64,000 nt of DNA from an uncultured Methanosarcinales archaeon (lineage in GTDB: Archaea; Nanobdellota; Nanobdellia; Woesearchaeales; CAYSVS01). Below, in pieces: positions 41,200 through 51,394 of this stretch; positions within the stretch are counted from its first letter, which is position 1, and each line of letters starts with the position of its first letter. Both the position numbers and the translations under genes were made by a program. Under the pieces are notes generated by a model. That model was given only the letters and a program-made list of their open reading frames with translations, was not told the origin of the DNA and searched no databases. The DNA lies in NCBI GenBank assembly GCA_964589485.1, contig CAZPRK010000005.1, positions 1 through 64,000 of the forward strand, read 5' to 3'.

Positions 41200-41367
41200 A
41201 TGAAAATCAAAAAATATAAGAAACATATAACAATTATTTTAATATTAGTTTTTATATCATTAATAGTTAATTTAGCTTTAATCAAAGATCTTATCATATT
41301 TATTATATTATGTGGTATTTTATATCTTTTTTTCTTCACAGAAGGCTTCGGACATGGCAACGATTAA
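41200..41367 (+). CDS. small two-TM membrane protein (55 aa, not in ORF track)
   Basis: MKIKKYKKHITIILILVFISLIVNLALIKDLIIFIILCGILYLFFFTEGFGHGND directly after pth2. Confidence 0.5.
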   Translation: MKIKKYKKHITIILILVFISLIVNLALIKDLIIFIILCGILYLFFFTEGFGHGND

Positions 41368-41405
41368 ACAAAACTTTTAAAAACAAAATACATTTTTAGA
41401 TATAA

Positions 41406-42890
41406 ATGGAAGACGAAAATAAGTTAATTAAAGAAAGAAAAGACAAATTAGCTAGAATTAGAGAATTAAACATAGATCCTTATCCATATAACTTTGATGT
41501 TAAACATAAGTCTTCAGAATTATTGGAAAAATTTGATAAATTAAAGCCAGAAGAACATTCTAAATCAAAAGCAATTATAGCTGGAAGAATTATGCAAGTT
41601 AGAAAAATGGGAAAAGCTGCTTTTGCTCACATCCAAGATGATACTGGAAAAATTCAAATTTATTTTAGAAAAGATGATTTAGGAGAAAAATTTGCTTTAT
41701 TTAAATTACTAGATATAGGAGATATAATTGGTGTTGAAGGTTCAATATTTAAAACTAAAACTGGAGAAGTAACAATTTATGCTAAAGGCTTACAAATTCT
41801 ATGTAAATCATTAAGACCTTTCCCAGAAAAATACCATGGATTAAAAGATGAAGAAATAAGATATAGAAAAAGGTATTTAGATTTAACCATGAATCCAGAA
41901 ATTAAAGAAATATTCAAAAAAAAATCAAAAATAATCTCAAAAATAAGACAATTTTTAGATAATAAAGAATTCGTTGAAGTTCAAACTCCAATTTTACAAA
42001 CTCAATACGGAGGAGCAAATGCAAGACCTTTTGTTACACATATAAATGCATGGGATATGAAAATGTATTTAAAAATTGCACCAGAGTTATATTTGAAAAA
42101 ATTACTTATTGGTGGAATGGAAAAAGTCTATGATTTAAATTATAGTTTTAGAAATGAAGGAAGTGATAAAACACATAATCCTGAATTTTTAATGGTAGAA
42201 TATTATTGGGCATATGCAGACAGAGAAAAAATAATAGAAATGACTGAAGAACTTTGGGAATGGGTTGCAAAAGAAGTTAATGGAAGTACTAAAATTAAAA
42301 TTAATGGAAATACTATAGACTTCAAAAGACCTTGGAAAAGATTTACAATGAAAGAAGCTTTAGTTAAACATGCAAAAATTAATATAGATAAATTAAATGA
42401 TAAAGAAATTCAAGATATAATGAGAGGATATAATGTTGAATACGAAGGTGATTTTGACAGAAATGTTGCAATGACACTTCTATTTGAAGAATTAGTTGAA
42501 GATAAATTAATACAACCAACTCACATATTAGACCATCCTTCTATAACTACACCATTATGCAAAAAAACAAAATATGATGATGATTTAGTTGAAAGAACTG
42601 AATTTTATGTTAATGGATGGGAATGTGGAAATGGGTATAGTGAATTAAACGACCCAGTAAAACAAAGAGAATTGTTTCAAGCTCAAGTAGAAAAAGGAAG
42701 AGGCGGAGATGAAGAAGCTCATCCTATGGATGAAGAATTTATTGAAGCCATGGAATATGGTATGCCTCCTGCCGGCGGACTTGGATTTGGCATAGATAGG
42801 ATGTGTATATTATTTACTGAAGTTTACAGTATAAGAGATATTATACTTTTTCCGACAATGAAACCTAAAGAGGAAAACAAAAATGACTAA
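41406..42890 (+). CDS. lysS: lysine--tRNA ligase, class II
   Basis: DPYP, RKMGKAAF, RYRKRYLDL, GGANARPF, APELYLK, FRNEG..KTHNPEF, EYGMPPAGGLGFGIDR. Confidence 0.95.
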   Translation: MEDENKLIKERKDKLARIRELNIDPYPYNFDVKHKSSELLEKFDKLKPEEHSKSKAIIAGRIMQVRKMGKAAFAHIQDDTGKIQIYFRKDDLGEKFALFKLLDIGDIIGVEGSIFKTKTGEVTIYAKGLQILCKSLRPFPEKYHGLKDEEIRYRKRYLDLTMNPEIKEIFKKKSKIISKIRQFLDNKEFVEVQTPILQTQYGGANARPFVTHINAWDMKMYLKIAPELYLKKLLIGGMEKVYDLNYSFRNEGSDKTHNPEFLMVEYYWAYADREKIIEMTEELWEWVAKEVNGSTKIKINGNTIDFKRPWKRFTMKEALVKHAKINIDKLNDKEIQDIMRGYNVEYEGDFDRNVAMTLLFEELVEDKLIQPTHILDHPSITTPLCKKTKYDDDLVERTEFYVNGWECGNGYSELNDPVKQRELFQAQVEKGRGGDEEAHPMDEEFIEAMEYGMPPAGGLGFGIDRMCILFTEVYSIRDIILFPTMKPKEENKND

Positions 42891-43221
42891 AAACATAGTA
42901 GGATTATCAGAAAAAATTGAAATAACTGGACAAAACAGTAAAAAAAAAGTAAATGCAAAAGTTGATACTGGCGCAACAATAGGGTCAATAGATGTTAAAC
43001 TTGCATCTGAATTAAAATTAGGACCAGTTATTAATATTAAAAAAGTTAAACAAGCTCATGGGAACTCAAACAGAGCAATAATTGAAGCAGAAATAACTTT
43101 TGCAGGACAAACTTTTACTAGCCAATTTACATTAGCAGACAGAAGTCATATGAAGTTTCCGGTATTATTAGGTCAAAATCAACTTAAATCAGTTTTAATT
43201 GATCCAGAAAAGAGTTTATAA
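42883..43221 (+). CDS. RimK-associated retropepsin-like aspartic protease
   Basis: AKVDTGA, FTLADRSHMKFPVLLG. Confidence 0.85.
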   Translation: MTKNIVGLSEKIEITGQNSKKKVNAKVDTGATIGSIDVKLASELKLGPVINIKKVKQAHGNSNRAIIEAEITFAGQTFTSQFTLADRSHMKFPVLLGQNQLKSVLIDPEKSL

Positions 43222-43223
43222 AT

Positions 43224-44300
43224 ATGAAAGCAGCAATAATTAGTTTAGGAAGTAAAAGTTCTCAATGGACTGCAGAAGAAATGAGAAAATATTTCAAAGT
43301 TGTAGATGACATTAATTTAAAAGATGTAGAAGTTACATTAGGAGATGAAAGAGTTGAATTATTATACAATGGTCAACCGTTTGAAAATTATGATTGTGTT
43401 TATATCAAAGGATCATTTAGATATGCACCTTTACTACAATCAATAGCTACAATATTATCCTCAAAAGGAATATATACACCTTTAGAACCTAGATCTTTTA
43501 CAATAGCTCATGATAAGTTATTAACACAATTAGAATTACAAAGAAATAAAATTCCAATGCCTATTACTTACATTACTCCAACACCAGATGCAGCAAAAGA
43601 GATTTTAGAAAAAATTAATTATCCTATTATCATGAAATTTCCACATGGAACTCAAGGAAAAGGTGTCATGGTTGCTGATTCATTACAAAGTGCAAAAACA
43701 ATGATGGATGCATTAGTTGCATTAAAACAACCTTTCTTAATTCAAGAATTTGTAGACACCGAAGGAACAGACATTAGAGCAATTGTAATAGGTGACCAAG
43801 TAGTAACAAGCATGAAAAGAGTAGCTGAAAAAGGCGAAGCTAGAGCAAACTTACATGCAGGCGGCAAAGGTATGTCTTGCGAATTAGATTCATTTACAAA
43901 AAAAATTGCAGTTCAAGCTGCAAAATCATTAGGAGCAAACATTTGCGGTGTTGATATTTTAGAAAGTACTAAAGGACCTGTAGTTATTGAAATAAATGCA
44001 AGTCCAGGATTACAAGGAATTACAGAAATAACAAAAGTAAACGTAGCACAAAAAATTGCAAAATATCTTTACGAAGAAGCTAAAAAGAAACATGAACATA
44101 AAAAGAGTCAAACCAGTAAAGAATTAATTGAACAATTAGATAGTTCAGTTCAACAAAATATAATATCCAGTTTACAATTTAGAGCAAAAAGAATATTACT
44201 TCCAGAAGTAATTACTAAAATGACTAAATTTAAAGAAGATACAGAATACGTCATTGCTGCAAAGAAAGGTAAACTTGAAATAAAAGAATTTAAGTTGTAA
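43224..44300 (+). CDS. rimK: RimK/LysX family ATP-grasp alpha-L-glutamate ligase with C-terminal extension
   Basis: HDKLLT, GTQGKGV, QEFV, DIRAIV, RANLHAGG, GVDI, IEINASPG. Confidence 0.85.
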   Translation: MKAAIISLGSKSSQWTAEEMRKYFKVVDDINLKDVEVTLGDERVELLYNGQPFENYDCVYIKGSFRYAPLLQSIATILSSKGIYTPLEPRSFTIAHDKLLTQLELQRNKIPMPITYITPTPDAAKEILEKINYPIIMKFPHGTQGKGVMVADSLQSAKTMMDALVALKQPFLIQEFVDTEGTDIRAIVIGDQVVTSMKRVAEKGEARANLHAGGKGMSCELDSFTKKIAVQAAKSLGANICGVDILESTKGPVVIEINASPGLQGITEITKVNVAQKIAKYLYEEAKKKHEHKKSQTSKELIEQLDSSVQQNIISSLQFRAKRILLPEVITKMTKFKEDTEYVIAAKKGKLEIKEFKL

Positions 44301-44937
44301 TTCCTAATTTTTTAATTTTTCTTAATAAAGTTTCATATCTTAACTTAATAGCTTTAGATGTTTTAGAAATATTAAACTTATTTTCATTTAAAGCTTTCTT
44401 AAAATATTCTTTTTCAAACAATTCTTCAGCAAGAGATAAAGTAATTTCATTATTTACAAGTTCTTTTGCTATATTCTCACTTATACGTTCAACATTATTA
44501 TAAACATTTTGTAACTTTTTTGGATGTAAAATTGACTTATAACTATCTAATACATTTCGCAATACATTATCAACCATTTCTTGTTTATAATAAGTAGGCG
44601 TTAACATAGAAGATCTTAAATTTGCTACATCTATATCTAAATCTTTAATTAGTCTATGAATTGATCTCCTATTTACATCTAAAATATCAGCAACTTTAGA
44701 AATATTACAATAATGAGTTTGTATTACTTTTGAAATAAATTCTCGCTTAAATAATTTTTTTGCTTGCTTAAAAGGCAAACTAGTATTTATTGAAAAATTA
44801 ATTAAAGGACTATTACCTATTTTATCTGAAATATCTTCATTTATTTTATCAATTTTAACTCCTAAGTAATGTTCTAATTCTTTATCAATAATAAAACCAA
44901 CTTTATCTTTCATCACCTTTTCTAAGTTATCATTCAT
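44290..44937 (-). CDS. protein with two Fis/NtrC-type HTH modules
   Basis: NISKVADILDVNRRSIHRLIK and NISKTSKAIKLRYETLLRKIK. Confidence 0.75.
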   Translation of the reverse strand: MNDNLEKVMKDKVGFIIDKELEHYLGVKIDKINEDISDKIGNSPLINFSINTSLPFKQAKKLFKREFISKVIQTHYCNISKVADILDVNRRSIHRLIKDLDIDVANLRSSMLTPTYYKQEMVDNVLRNVLDSYKSILHPKKLQNVYNNVERISENIAKELVNNEITLSLAEELFEKEYFKKALNENKFNISKTSKAIKLRYETLLRKIKKLGITT

Positions 44938-45050
44938 TTAACAAAATATAATTCTACTATTTATAAAAATTGCTAAATTACTTTTTTAGATATACACTAC
45001 TTAAGAATACTTACAAAAGTTTAATATATCCTAGAAAAACAATTACTATT

Positions 45051-45869
45051 ATGGAGTTTAAGATAAAACAAAGACCAAACCCTAACAGTAGAAAATTCAA
45101 TCCAAATGACTTAACAATTGTTAGAAATTTTTCATCTGAACTTGTAAAAGAATTTGGTAATTTCATAAAATGTACAGTTATTTTTGGTAGTGCAATAAAA
45201 GGGGTAAGAAAATCTACAGGGGATATTGATATTTTAGTTGTTGTTGATGACATTACAATTAGAATGACTCCAGAAGTAGTTGAAGCATATAGAATTATTA
45301 CTGAAAAACTGATTAATAAAGTTTCAACAAAATTACATGTAGTAAGTCTAAAATTCACAGCATTTTGGGATTATGTGAGAAATGGAGATCCAATAATAAT
45401 GAATATTTTAAGACATGGAGCTCCAATAATAGATCAAAATTTCTTTACTCCAATTCAATATTTATTACAACAAGGAAGAATAAGACCTTCTATGGAAGCA
45501 GTATACTCATATTACGAGAGAAGTCCACGAACACTATATAATTCAAGATGGCATGTAATACAAGCAACATTAGACTTATATTGGGCAGTAGTAGACTCAG
45601 CGCATGCAGCATTAATGAAAATGGAAGTTACACCTCCTGCTCCTGCAGAAATAGGCGACTTATTAGAGAAAGAATTATTACCAAGAAAATTAGTTAGTAA
45701 AAAAGAAGTTATAACAGTACGAAAATTCTATAACTTAATGAAAATGATTACACATAGAGAAGTACGACACATTGAAGGTAGGGAATATGATAATTATTAT
45801 CAAGAAGCTGAAGAATTTGTTAAAATAATGGAAAAAATCGTAAAAGGAAATGAAGGAAGATTAATCTAA
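45051..45869 (+). CDS. nucleotidyltransferase (MNT) fused to HEPN-like domain
   Basis: IFGS...GDIDILVVVDD; helical C-terminus with YWAVVDSAHAAL. Confidence 0.78.
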   Translation: MEFKIKQRPNPNSRKFNPNDLTIVRNFSSELVKEFGNFIKCTVIFGSAIKGVRKSTGDIDILVVVDDITIRMTPEVVEAYRIITEKLINKVSTKLHVVSLKFTAFWDYVRNGDPIIMNILRHGAPIIDQNFFTPIQYLLQQGRIRPSMEAVYSYYERSPRTLYNSRWHVIQATLDLYWAVVDSAHAALMKMEVTPPAPAEIGDLLEKELLPRKLVSKKEVITVRKFYNLMKMITHREVRHIEGREYDNYYQEAEEFVKIMEKIVKGNEGRLI

Positions 45870-46133
45870 TTCTTCAAAACTTAATTCTCTATTTTGAAGC
45901 ATTTTAACTAACTTACCTCTACTATTTAAATCACAATATAAAAATTCAGCAGATTCATTTAAATTATCAAGATATTCAGTTATTGAATTAAAACGAATAT
46001 TTAACCCTTCATATTGACGAAAAACATTTTCACAACACATTATTACAGATCTATTTACACCACCTGCAAAATTCCTAATTAATTCATCATGACATTCTTT
46101 TAAAGGACGAAGAATTATTTTAGGTTTATCCAT
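45861..46133 (-). CDS. hypothetical protein
   Basis: 90-aa ORF filling the intergenic space. Confidence 0.5.
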   Translation of the reverse strand: MDKPKIILRPLKECHDELIRNFAGGVNRSVIMCCENVFRQYEGLNIRFNSITEYLDNLNESAEFLYCDLNSRGKLVKMLQNRELSFEELD

Positions 46134-46168
46134 AAATAAATATAATAAATAAAAGATTTATATAATTT

Positions 46169-46747
46169 ATGTATTTACGAAAAAATATGACATTTGTTAA
46201 CGATAAGAAAACATACCTTGAAAAAATAGATAAATCACAAAAAGGAAGTATTGATAAAAAAATATTAAATTTAATTAACAAAATAAATGATAATTGTAAT
46301 TATTATACAACAAGTAGTTGTGCAGGAAGAATAGTTTTACTTGCACAAAATTATGGAGAAAGAAAAAATCAAGTTGAATGGTTATTAAAAACACACAATA
46401 AAACTAATCTAGAAGAAATTAAAGAAGGTCTAAGTAAACTTAAAGATAAAGACGTATGGTTAAAACAAGAATCAGCCATAATACACATTTCATGTAATAC
46501 TTTAGATAATGCAATTTCTTTACTAAATATTTTCAAAAATAATGGTTTCAAGAGAAGTGGAATTACTTCAATAAAAAATAAAATCATACTTGAAATAATG
46601 TCAACTGAACATATGGATTGTATTGTAGCTAAAAAAGGTAATCAAATATGCGATGACGTATATTTAGGGTTAGCTATATCTGAAGCAAATAATAAATTAG
46701 AAATAACTCAGTCTAAACTTAAAAAAATAGAAAAAAAATTAAATTAA
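46169..46747 (+). CDS. taw3: tRNA wybutosine-pathway methyltransferase Taw3/TYW3
   Basis: DKSQKGSID, YYTTSSCAGRI, KTH, GFKRSG. Confidence 0.9.
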   Translation: MYLRKNMTFVNDKKTYLEKIDKSQKGSIDKKILNLINKINDNCNYYTTSSCAGRIVLLAQNYGERKNQVEWLLKTHNKTNLEEIKEGLSKLKDKDVWLKQESAIIHISCNTLDNAISLLNIFKNNGFKRSGITSIKNKIILEIMSTEHMDCIVAKKGNQICDDVYLGLAISEANNKLEITQSKLKKIEKKLN

Positions 46748-47107
46748 AATTTCTCTATGTTTAACCTTTCTATAGCCATCAACATAATAAACAACTTTAG
46801 CAACGTAATATCCACTTTCATAGTCTGAAGATACGAAATTAAAATCCACTTTGTGATTGTTGTCTAAATTTCTTACTTTCTTAGCACTTCTTAATTCCAA
46901 GTCAGGTATGAATATTGAAACTTTTGATCTCTTAATCTCTTTTCCGTCATTATCTAAAACTAGACTAATTCCAATATTTTGATCTTCTTGACCCATTCTT
47001 AGACTTTTAAAAGTAACATCAAAAGCATTAGCTACTTGAAACATTAAAATAAAAGTAAATAAAAATAAAAATATTTTTTTAATTCTAAACACCTCGCTTA
47101 AAATCAC
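46739..47107 (-). CDS. secreted Ig-like small protein
   Basis: Signal peptide and beta-rich body; overlaps the stop of the upstream surface gene. Confidence 0.65.
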   Translation of the reverse strand: MILSEVFRIKKIFLFLFTFILMFQVANAFDVTFKSLRMGQEDQNIGISLVLDNDGKEIKRSKVSIFIPDLELRSAKKVRNLDNNHKVDFNFVSSDYESGYYVAKVVYYVDGYRKVKHREILI

Positions 47108-49416
47108 TTTTTAGAAAGTGATATTAATAAATATGCAATTCCTGCAATAGCTAAAACGTTCAATAAAATCATTAAACTCAAATATAAAGTACTTGAACTT
47201 AAAGATTCATCTTGTTCACTTTGAACAGTTGAAGCAAACACTTGCCCTGAAGTAGGCGGCTGAATCACATTAGCATTATTTGAACCTTGAACAACTACAT
47301 TTGAATTACTTGAACTTGTAGTACCTTCATCATCCAAATTACATGCTTTAACAGTTAAACTAACTCTTCCTGATCTTGATGGAATTGTTCTACTGTAATA
47401 AGTATTAATTTCAATCGGATAAGTTCCAGGTCTTATACTATCAGGCAAATCCACAGAGATAGATTTTCTAAAGTTCCCATCATCTTTTGAACTTCCATCT
47501 AATGAAATTCCTTCTTGTTTAAAGTTAATTCCTAAAGCACTTGACTTCACTTCTACTTTAACTTCATCTTGATCATCTTCACCAGTATTTGTAACTAACA
47601 AATCTAAATCTGTTGACCTTACACATTGAAGTACATCTGAAGTTAATTCAGCTCTTGTAATTGAAACTTCATCTGATTTTTTATCGATTTCTAATTTAAC
47701 AGTTTCGGAAGCATAATGATTTCCACCATTTTCGTCTTTTCCTTCAGCTTCAATTAATACATTAAACTTAGTATCAGGTTCAACGTAATAAGGAATGAAA
47801 AATTTAAAAACTTCTTCTTCGGAATCACCATCTTTCAAATCAAATTCTTGACTAGTTTCATCCAAATCATCACTATCATCAATATTTTCAATAGTAACTG
47901 TTATTTCAATATCTTTAATTTTAATATCTTCACTAAAAGCATTTCTTACTTTTACTTTAAAATCTACAGTTTCACCTGCATCAATTCCATCTAAAACTTC
48001 TCCAGAACTTAATGTTTCTGAATCACCTTTAATTCTTTCAATGTCTAGCTTATTTTCAGCTTGCATGAAAAAACCAGTAACAGTTTTAGTTTCACCGGAG
48101 CTAACTATAGTAATATCCCCAATATCTGTTTTCTTAGATGTAAAAGACTTTGGAACAAATCCTTTGACATAAATATCTCTAGTTGCTCCTTTAGCTAAAG
48201 TGAATTTGTCTGCAACATTTGCAGAAAAATCAATTTTACTTTTAAAGTTGTTATCATCTAAAGAGAAAGTAACATTATATGCTGAAGATGCTGTACTTTC
48301 TATAACAAAATTAGATAAACTAAAATCTCCATTGTTTGTTAAAGTAAATTTAGTTGAAGTAGTTGTAGTATTTCTATTTTGACTTGTTCCACCTAACAAA
48401 ACTTCACTATCTACAGTTAAAGTTGATTGCGAAGGTCTTACTTTTAGGTTTAATTCGCCAGTTTTATTTGTTCCATGATATTTTACTAAAACACTTGCTT
48501 TATACTGTTCTTCTAAAAAGTTAGTATCAGGCAAAGATACAGTATAACTTTTAGTATATTGAGCTCCATCAGCAATACTAATTCCTTGAGTTATTTTATC
48601 AGTAACAGTAATATTTCTAGATGTTCCCACAAAGTCACCTAAAGTAACTTCTACATTAGTTAAAGGCATATTTCCTGATTCAGTTAATACTAAATCAAAT
48701 GTTGCTGTTCTTTGTGATGCATCTGTATACATAACTAATTCAGGTAAAACAGGATTTTGTGAAATAGTTAAATCAGGGTTTTGTGCTTGTGATGTTATTT
48801 TTACATTCTGTGAAGCAGTTCCACCATTTCCATCATTTGCAGTAACATTACAAGTTGAATCTCCAACAAAACTTAAAGCAGGTGTATATTGTAATACATC
48901 TCCATTAATTGAACATGAAACTCTACTTGCATTTGCACTAACTACACTATAAGATAATGAATTACCATCATCATCGCTTCCATAAGCACTTAAATTAACA
49001 CTTCCCATAAAATTCGCAGTTGCTGATTGATCAGGAATTGCTTGTAAAGTAGGGTTTCTGTTAACATCATTTACAGTTAAAGTAAAAGTTTGTGAGCTTG
49101 TTGAATTACCATCAGCTGCAGTAACATTTACTGTATGTGTACCTGAATTTTCATATCCAGGTGCAATATTCATAGTTGCTTGACTATTATTTATAGAAGC
49201 AAATGTAATAAAACTTAAATTACTTGTAACACTGATTGCACCATTATCTGGGGCAGTATAAGTAACATTTATTGATAAAATTGAATTTTCGTCTACTGTT
49301 TGAGCTCCAATTGGACTTAAAACAGGACTTGCTAATGCAGCATTAATTACTACTAAAAACATAACCATAATGAAAGCGCTTTTTTTGTACATTTTATAAA
49401 TCACCTTTAATTTCAT
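47104..49416 (-). CDS. large surface protein with cadherin/Ig-like domains and C-terminal TM anchor
   Basis: Signal peptide, TVNDVNRNP and DDDGNSL cadherin-like motifs, many NxS/T sequons, C-terminal TM helix. Confidence 0.8.
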   Translation of the reverse strand: MKLKVIYKMYKKSAFIMVMFLVVINAALASPVLSPIGAQTVDENSILSINVTYTAPDNGAISVTSNLSFITFASINNSQATMNIAPGYENSGTHTVNVTAADGNSTSSQTFTLTVNDVNRNPTLQAIPDQSATANFMGSVNLSAYGSDDDGNSLSYSVVSANASRVSCSINGDVLQYTPALSFVGDSTCNVTANDGNGGTASQNVKITSQAQNPDLTISQNPVLPELVMYTDASQRTATFDLVLTESGNMPLTNVEVTLGDFVGTSRNITVTDKITQGISIADGAQYTKSYTVSLPDTNFLEEQYKASVLVKYHGTNKTGELNLKVRPSQSTLTVDSEVLLGGTSQNRNTTTTSTKFTLTNNGDFSLSNFVIESTASSAYNVTFSLDDNNFKSKIDFSANVADKFTLAKGATRDIYVKGFVPKSFTSKKTDIGDITIVSSGETKTVTGFFMQAENKLDIERIKGDSETLSSGEVLDGIDAGETVDFKVKVRNAFSEDIKIKDIEITVTIENIDDSDDLDETSQEFDLKDGDSEEEVFKFFIPYYVEPDTKFNVLIEAEGKDENGGNHYASETVKLEIDKKSDEVSITRAELTSDVLQCVRSTDLDLLVTNTGEDDQDEVKVEVKSSALGINFKQEGISLDGSSKDDGNFRKSISVDLPDSIRPGTYPIEINTYYSRTIPSRSGRVSLTVKACNLDDEGTTSSSNSNVVVQGSNNANVIQPPTSGQVFASTVQSEQDESLSSSTLYLSLMILLNVLAIAGIAYLLISLSKK

Positions 49417-49547
49417 GAAATTGTTACTCGTTAGTAAGTATATCTTTTTAAAGCTTACTATTTTTACCTATTACGCGAGTAAAACACCCCTTTGTTTCTA
49501 GCGAGTAGTTGCAATCATATATAAATCTTTCTTACTTTTTACTTTGC

Positions 49548-50681
49548 ATGATATACCCACCCCAAGAGGATTCTTATTTGATTAAAGAGAAGATTAAAGA
49601 AAATATTTTACCTAATGATTCAGTTCTAGATATGGGTACAGGATCAGGCATACTTGCATTAGAAGCAACTAAATATGCAAAAAAAGTTACTGCTTGCGAT
49701 ATTAATGATAAAGTTATTAATCAACTTAAAAAAATCAAAGTAGTCAAATCAAATCTATTTTCTAATATTAAAACAAAATTTGACCTAATTATATTTAACC
49801 CACCTTATTTGCCTTTAGATAAAAATGAACCCAAACAAAGCCAATTGGCAACAACTGGCGGAAAAAAAGGGCATGAAACGATTGAAAGATTCATAAATCA
49901 AGCAGATAATTACTTAAAAAAAAATGGAAGAATACTATTATTGTTTTCTTCATTAACAAACAAAAATAAAATAGATGAAATCATACAAAATAACCTTTTT
50001 GATACAAAATTAGTAGCTTCCACAAACTTATTTTTTGAAGAACTTTACGTATATTTAATCACAAGAAGTGATTTTTTAAAAGAACTAAAAGACAGAAAAA
50101 TATCAAATATAAAATTATTCACAAAAGGTCACAGAGGAAAAATATATACAGGTAAATTTAAAAACAAAAAAATAGCAATCAAAAAACAAAGAAATGACAT
50201 TAAAACAAATACAATTGAAAATGAAATTAATTTTTTGAAAAAATTAAATAAAATAAAAATTGGACCTAAATTATTATTTAATTCTAAAAGTTATTTTGGA
50301 TATAATTTTATTTATGGTAAATTTATTGAACAGTATTTTGAAAAAGAAAATAAAAAAAAGATACTAAAAGTAATAAACAATATTATAGATAAATGTTTTA
50401 TTTTAGATAAATTATTAATTAATAAAGAAGAAATGCATAATCCTTTCAAACATATAATAATCAATAAAAATATTAAATTAATTGATTTTGAAAGATGTAG
50501 TTATACCAATAAACCAAAAAACGTTACACAATTCTGTCAATATTTATGTAAATTTAAAAAAATTCTTGAAAATAAAAAAATAAGGTTTAACATAGAAAAT
50601 GTAAGAAAAGCAGCAAAGGCATATAAAGAAAATATTAATAAAGATAATTTAGGAAAAATAAAATGGCATTTTGGGATATAG
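49548..50681 (+). CDS. HemK2/PrmC-like methyltransferase fused to a Ser/Thr kinase-like domain
   Basis: IYPPQEDSYL, LDMGTGSG, FNPPY; then KGHRGKIY..IAIK, GPKL, LIDFE. Confidence 0.85.
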   Translation: MIYPPQEDSYLIKEKIKENILPNDSVLDMGTGSGILALEATKYAKKVTACDINDKVINQLKKIKVVKSNLFSNIKTKFDLIIFNPPYLPLDKNEPKQSQLATTGGKKGHETIERFINQADNYLKKNGRILLLFSSLTNKNKIDEIIQNNLFDTKLVASTNLFFEELYVYLITRSDFLKELKDRKISNIKLFTKGHRGKIYTGKFKNKKIAIKKQRNDIKTNTIENEINFLKKLNKIKIGPKLLFNSKSYFGYNFIYGKFIEQYFEKENKKKILKVINNIIDKCFILDKLLINKEEMHNPFKHIIINKNIKLIDFERCSYTNKPKNVTQFCQYLCKFKKILENKKIRFNIENVRKAAKAYKENINKDNLGKIKWHFGI

Positions 50682-51394
50682 TAAATAAAATCATATACAA
50701 AGCTGATTTAATAATTGAAGTTTTAGACGCACGATTTTGCGATATGTCTAGAAATTCTGAGATTGAAAATAAAGTATTAAGTAAAAAGAAATTATTATTT
50801 GTTGTTAATAAAGTTGACTTAATAAAAAAAGAAGAAGCTGAAAAAATTAAAAAGTCATTGGAAAAAATTGCCCCTTGTGTTTTTATTTCTGCAAAAAAAC
50901 ATTTAGGAACTACATTTTTAAGAAAAAAAATAATGCAACTCTCTAAAGGCAATGAAGTTAAAGTTGGAGTTATAGGTTATCCTAACACAGGAAAAAGTAG
51001 TTTAATTAATGCATTAAAAGGAAACGAAGCTGCAAAAACAAGTTCACAATCAGGTTATACCAAGAAGGAACAAAATGTTAGAGTTTCAAAGAAAATAGTT
51101 TTAATTGATACACCTGGTGTGTATAGTTATGATAAAAAAGAACCAGAGGAATTATTTATATTCGGTGCAATAGATTATACTAAATTAAAAGACCCAGAAC
51201 TTGCAGCATATAAATTAATTGAAATGTTTAAAGAAGAAATATGTAAAAAATATAAAGTAGAAAATAAAGATGTTGAAACTATGCTTGAAGAAATCGCTAT
51301 TAAAACAAATAAGTTAAGTAAAGGTAACATACCCAACACAAAAAATGCTGCAATACAAATTCTAAGAGATTGGCAAAAAAATGATACTTTATGA
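50663..51394 (+). CDS. circularly permuted YlqF/RbgA family GTPase
   Basis: VLDAR, NKVD, SAK, GYPNTGKSS, DTPG in permuted order. Confidence 0.9.
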   Translation: MAFWDIVNKIIYKADLIIEVLDARFCDMSRNSEIENKVLSKKKLLFVVNKVDLIKKEEAEKIKKSLEKIAPCVFISAKKHLGTTFLRKKIMQLSKGNEVKVGVIGYPNTGKSSLINALKGNEAAKTSSQSGYTKKEQNVRVSKKIVLIDTPGVYSYDKKEPEELFIFGAIDYTKLKDPELAAYKLIEMFKEEICKKYKVENKDVETMLEEIAIKTNKLSKGNIPNTKNAAIQILRDWQKNDTL

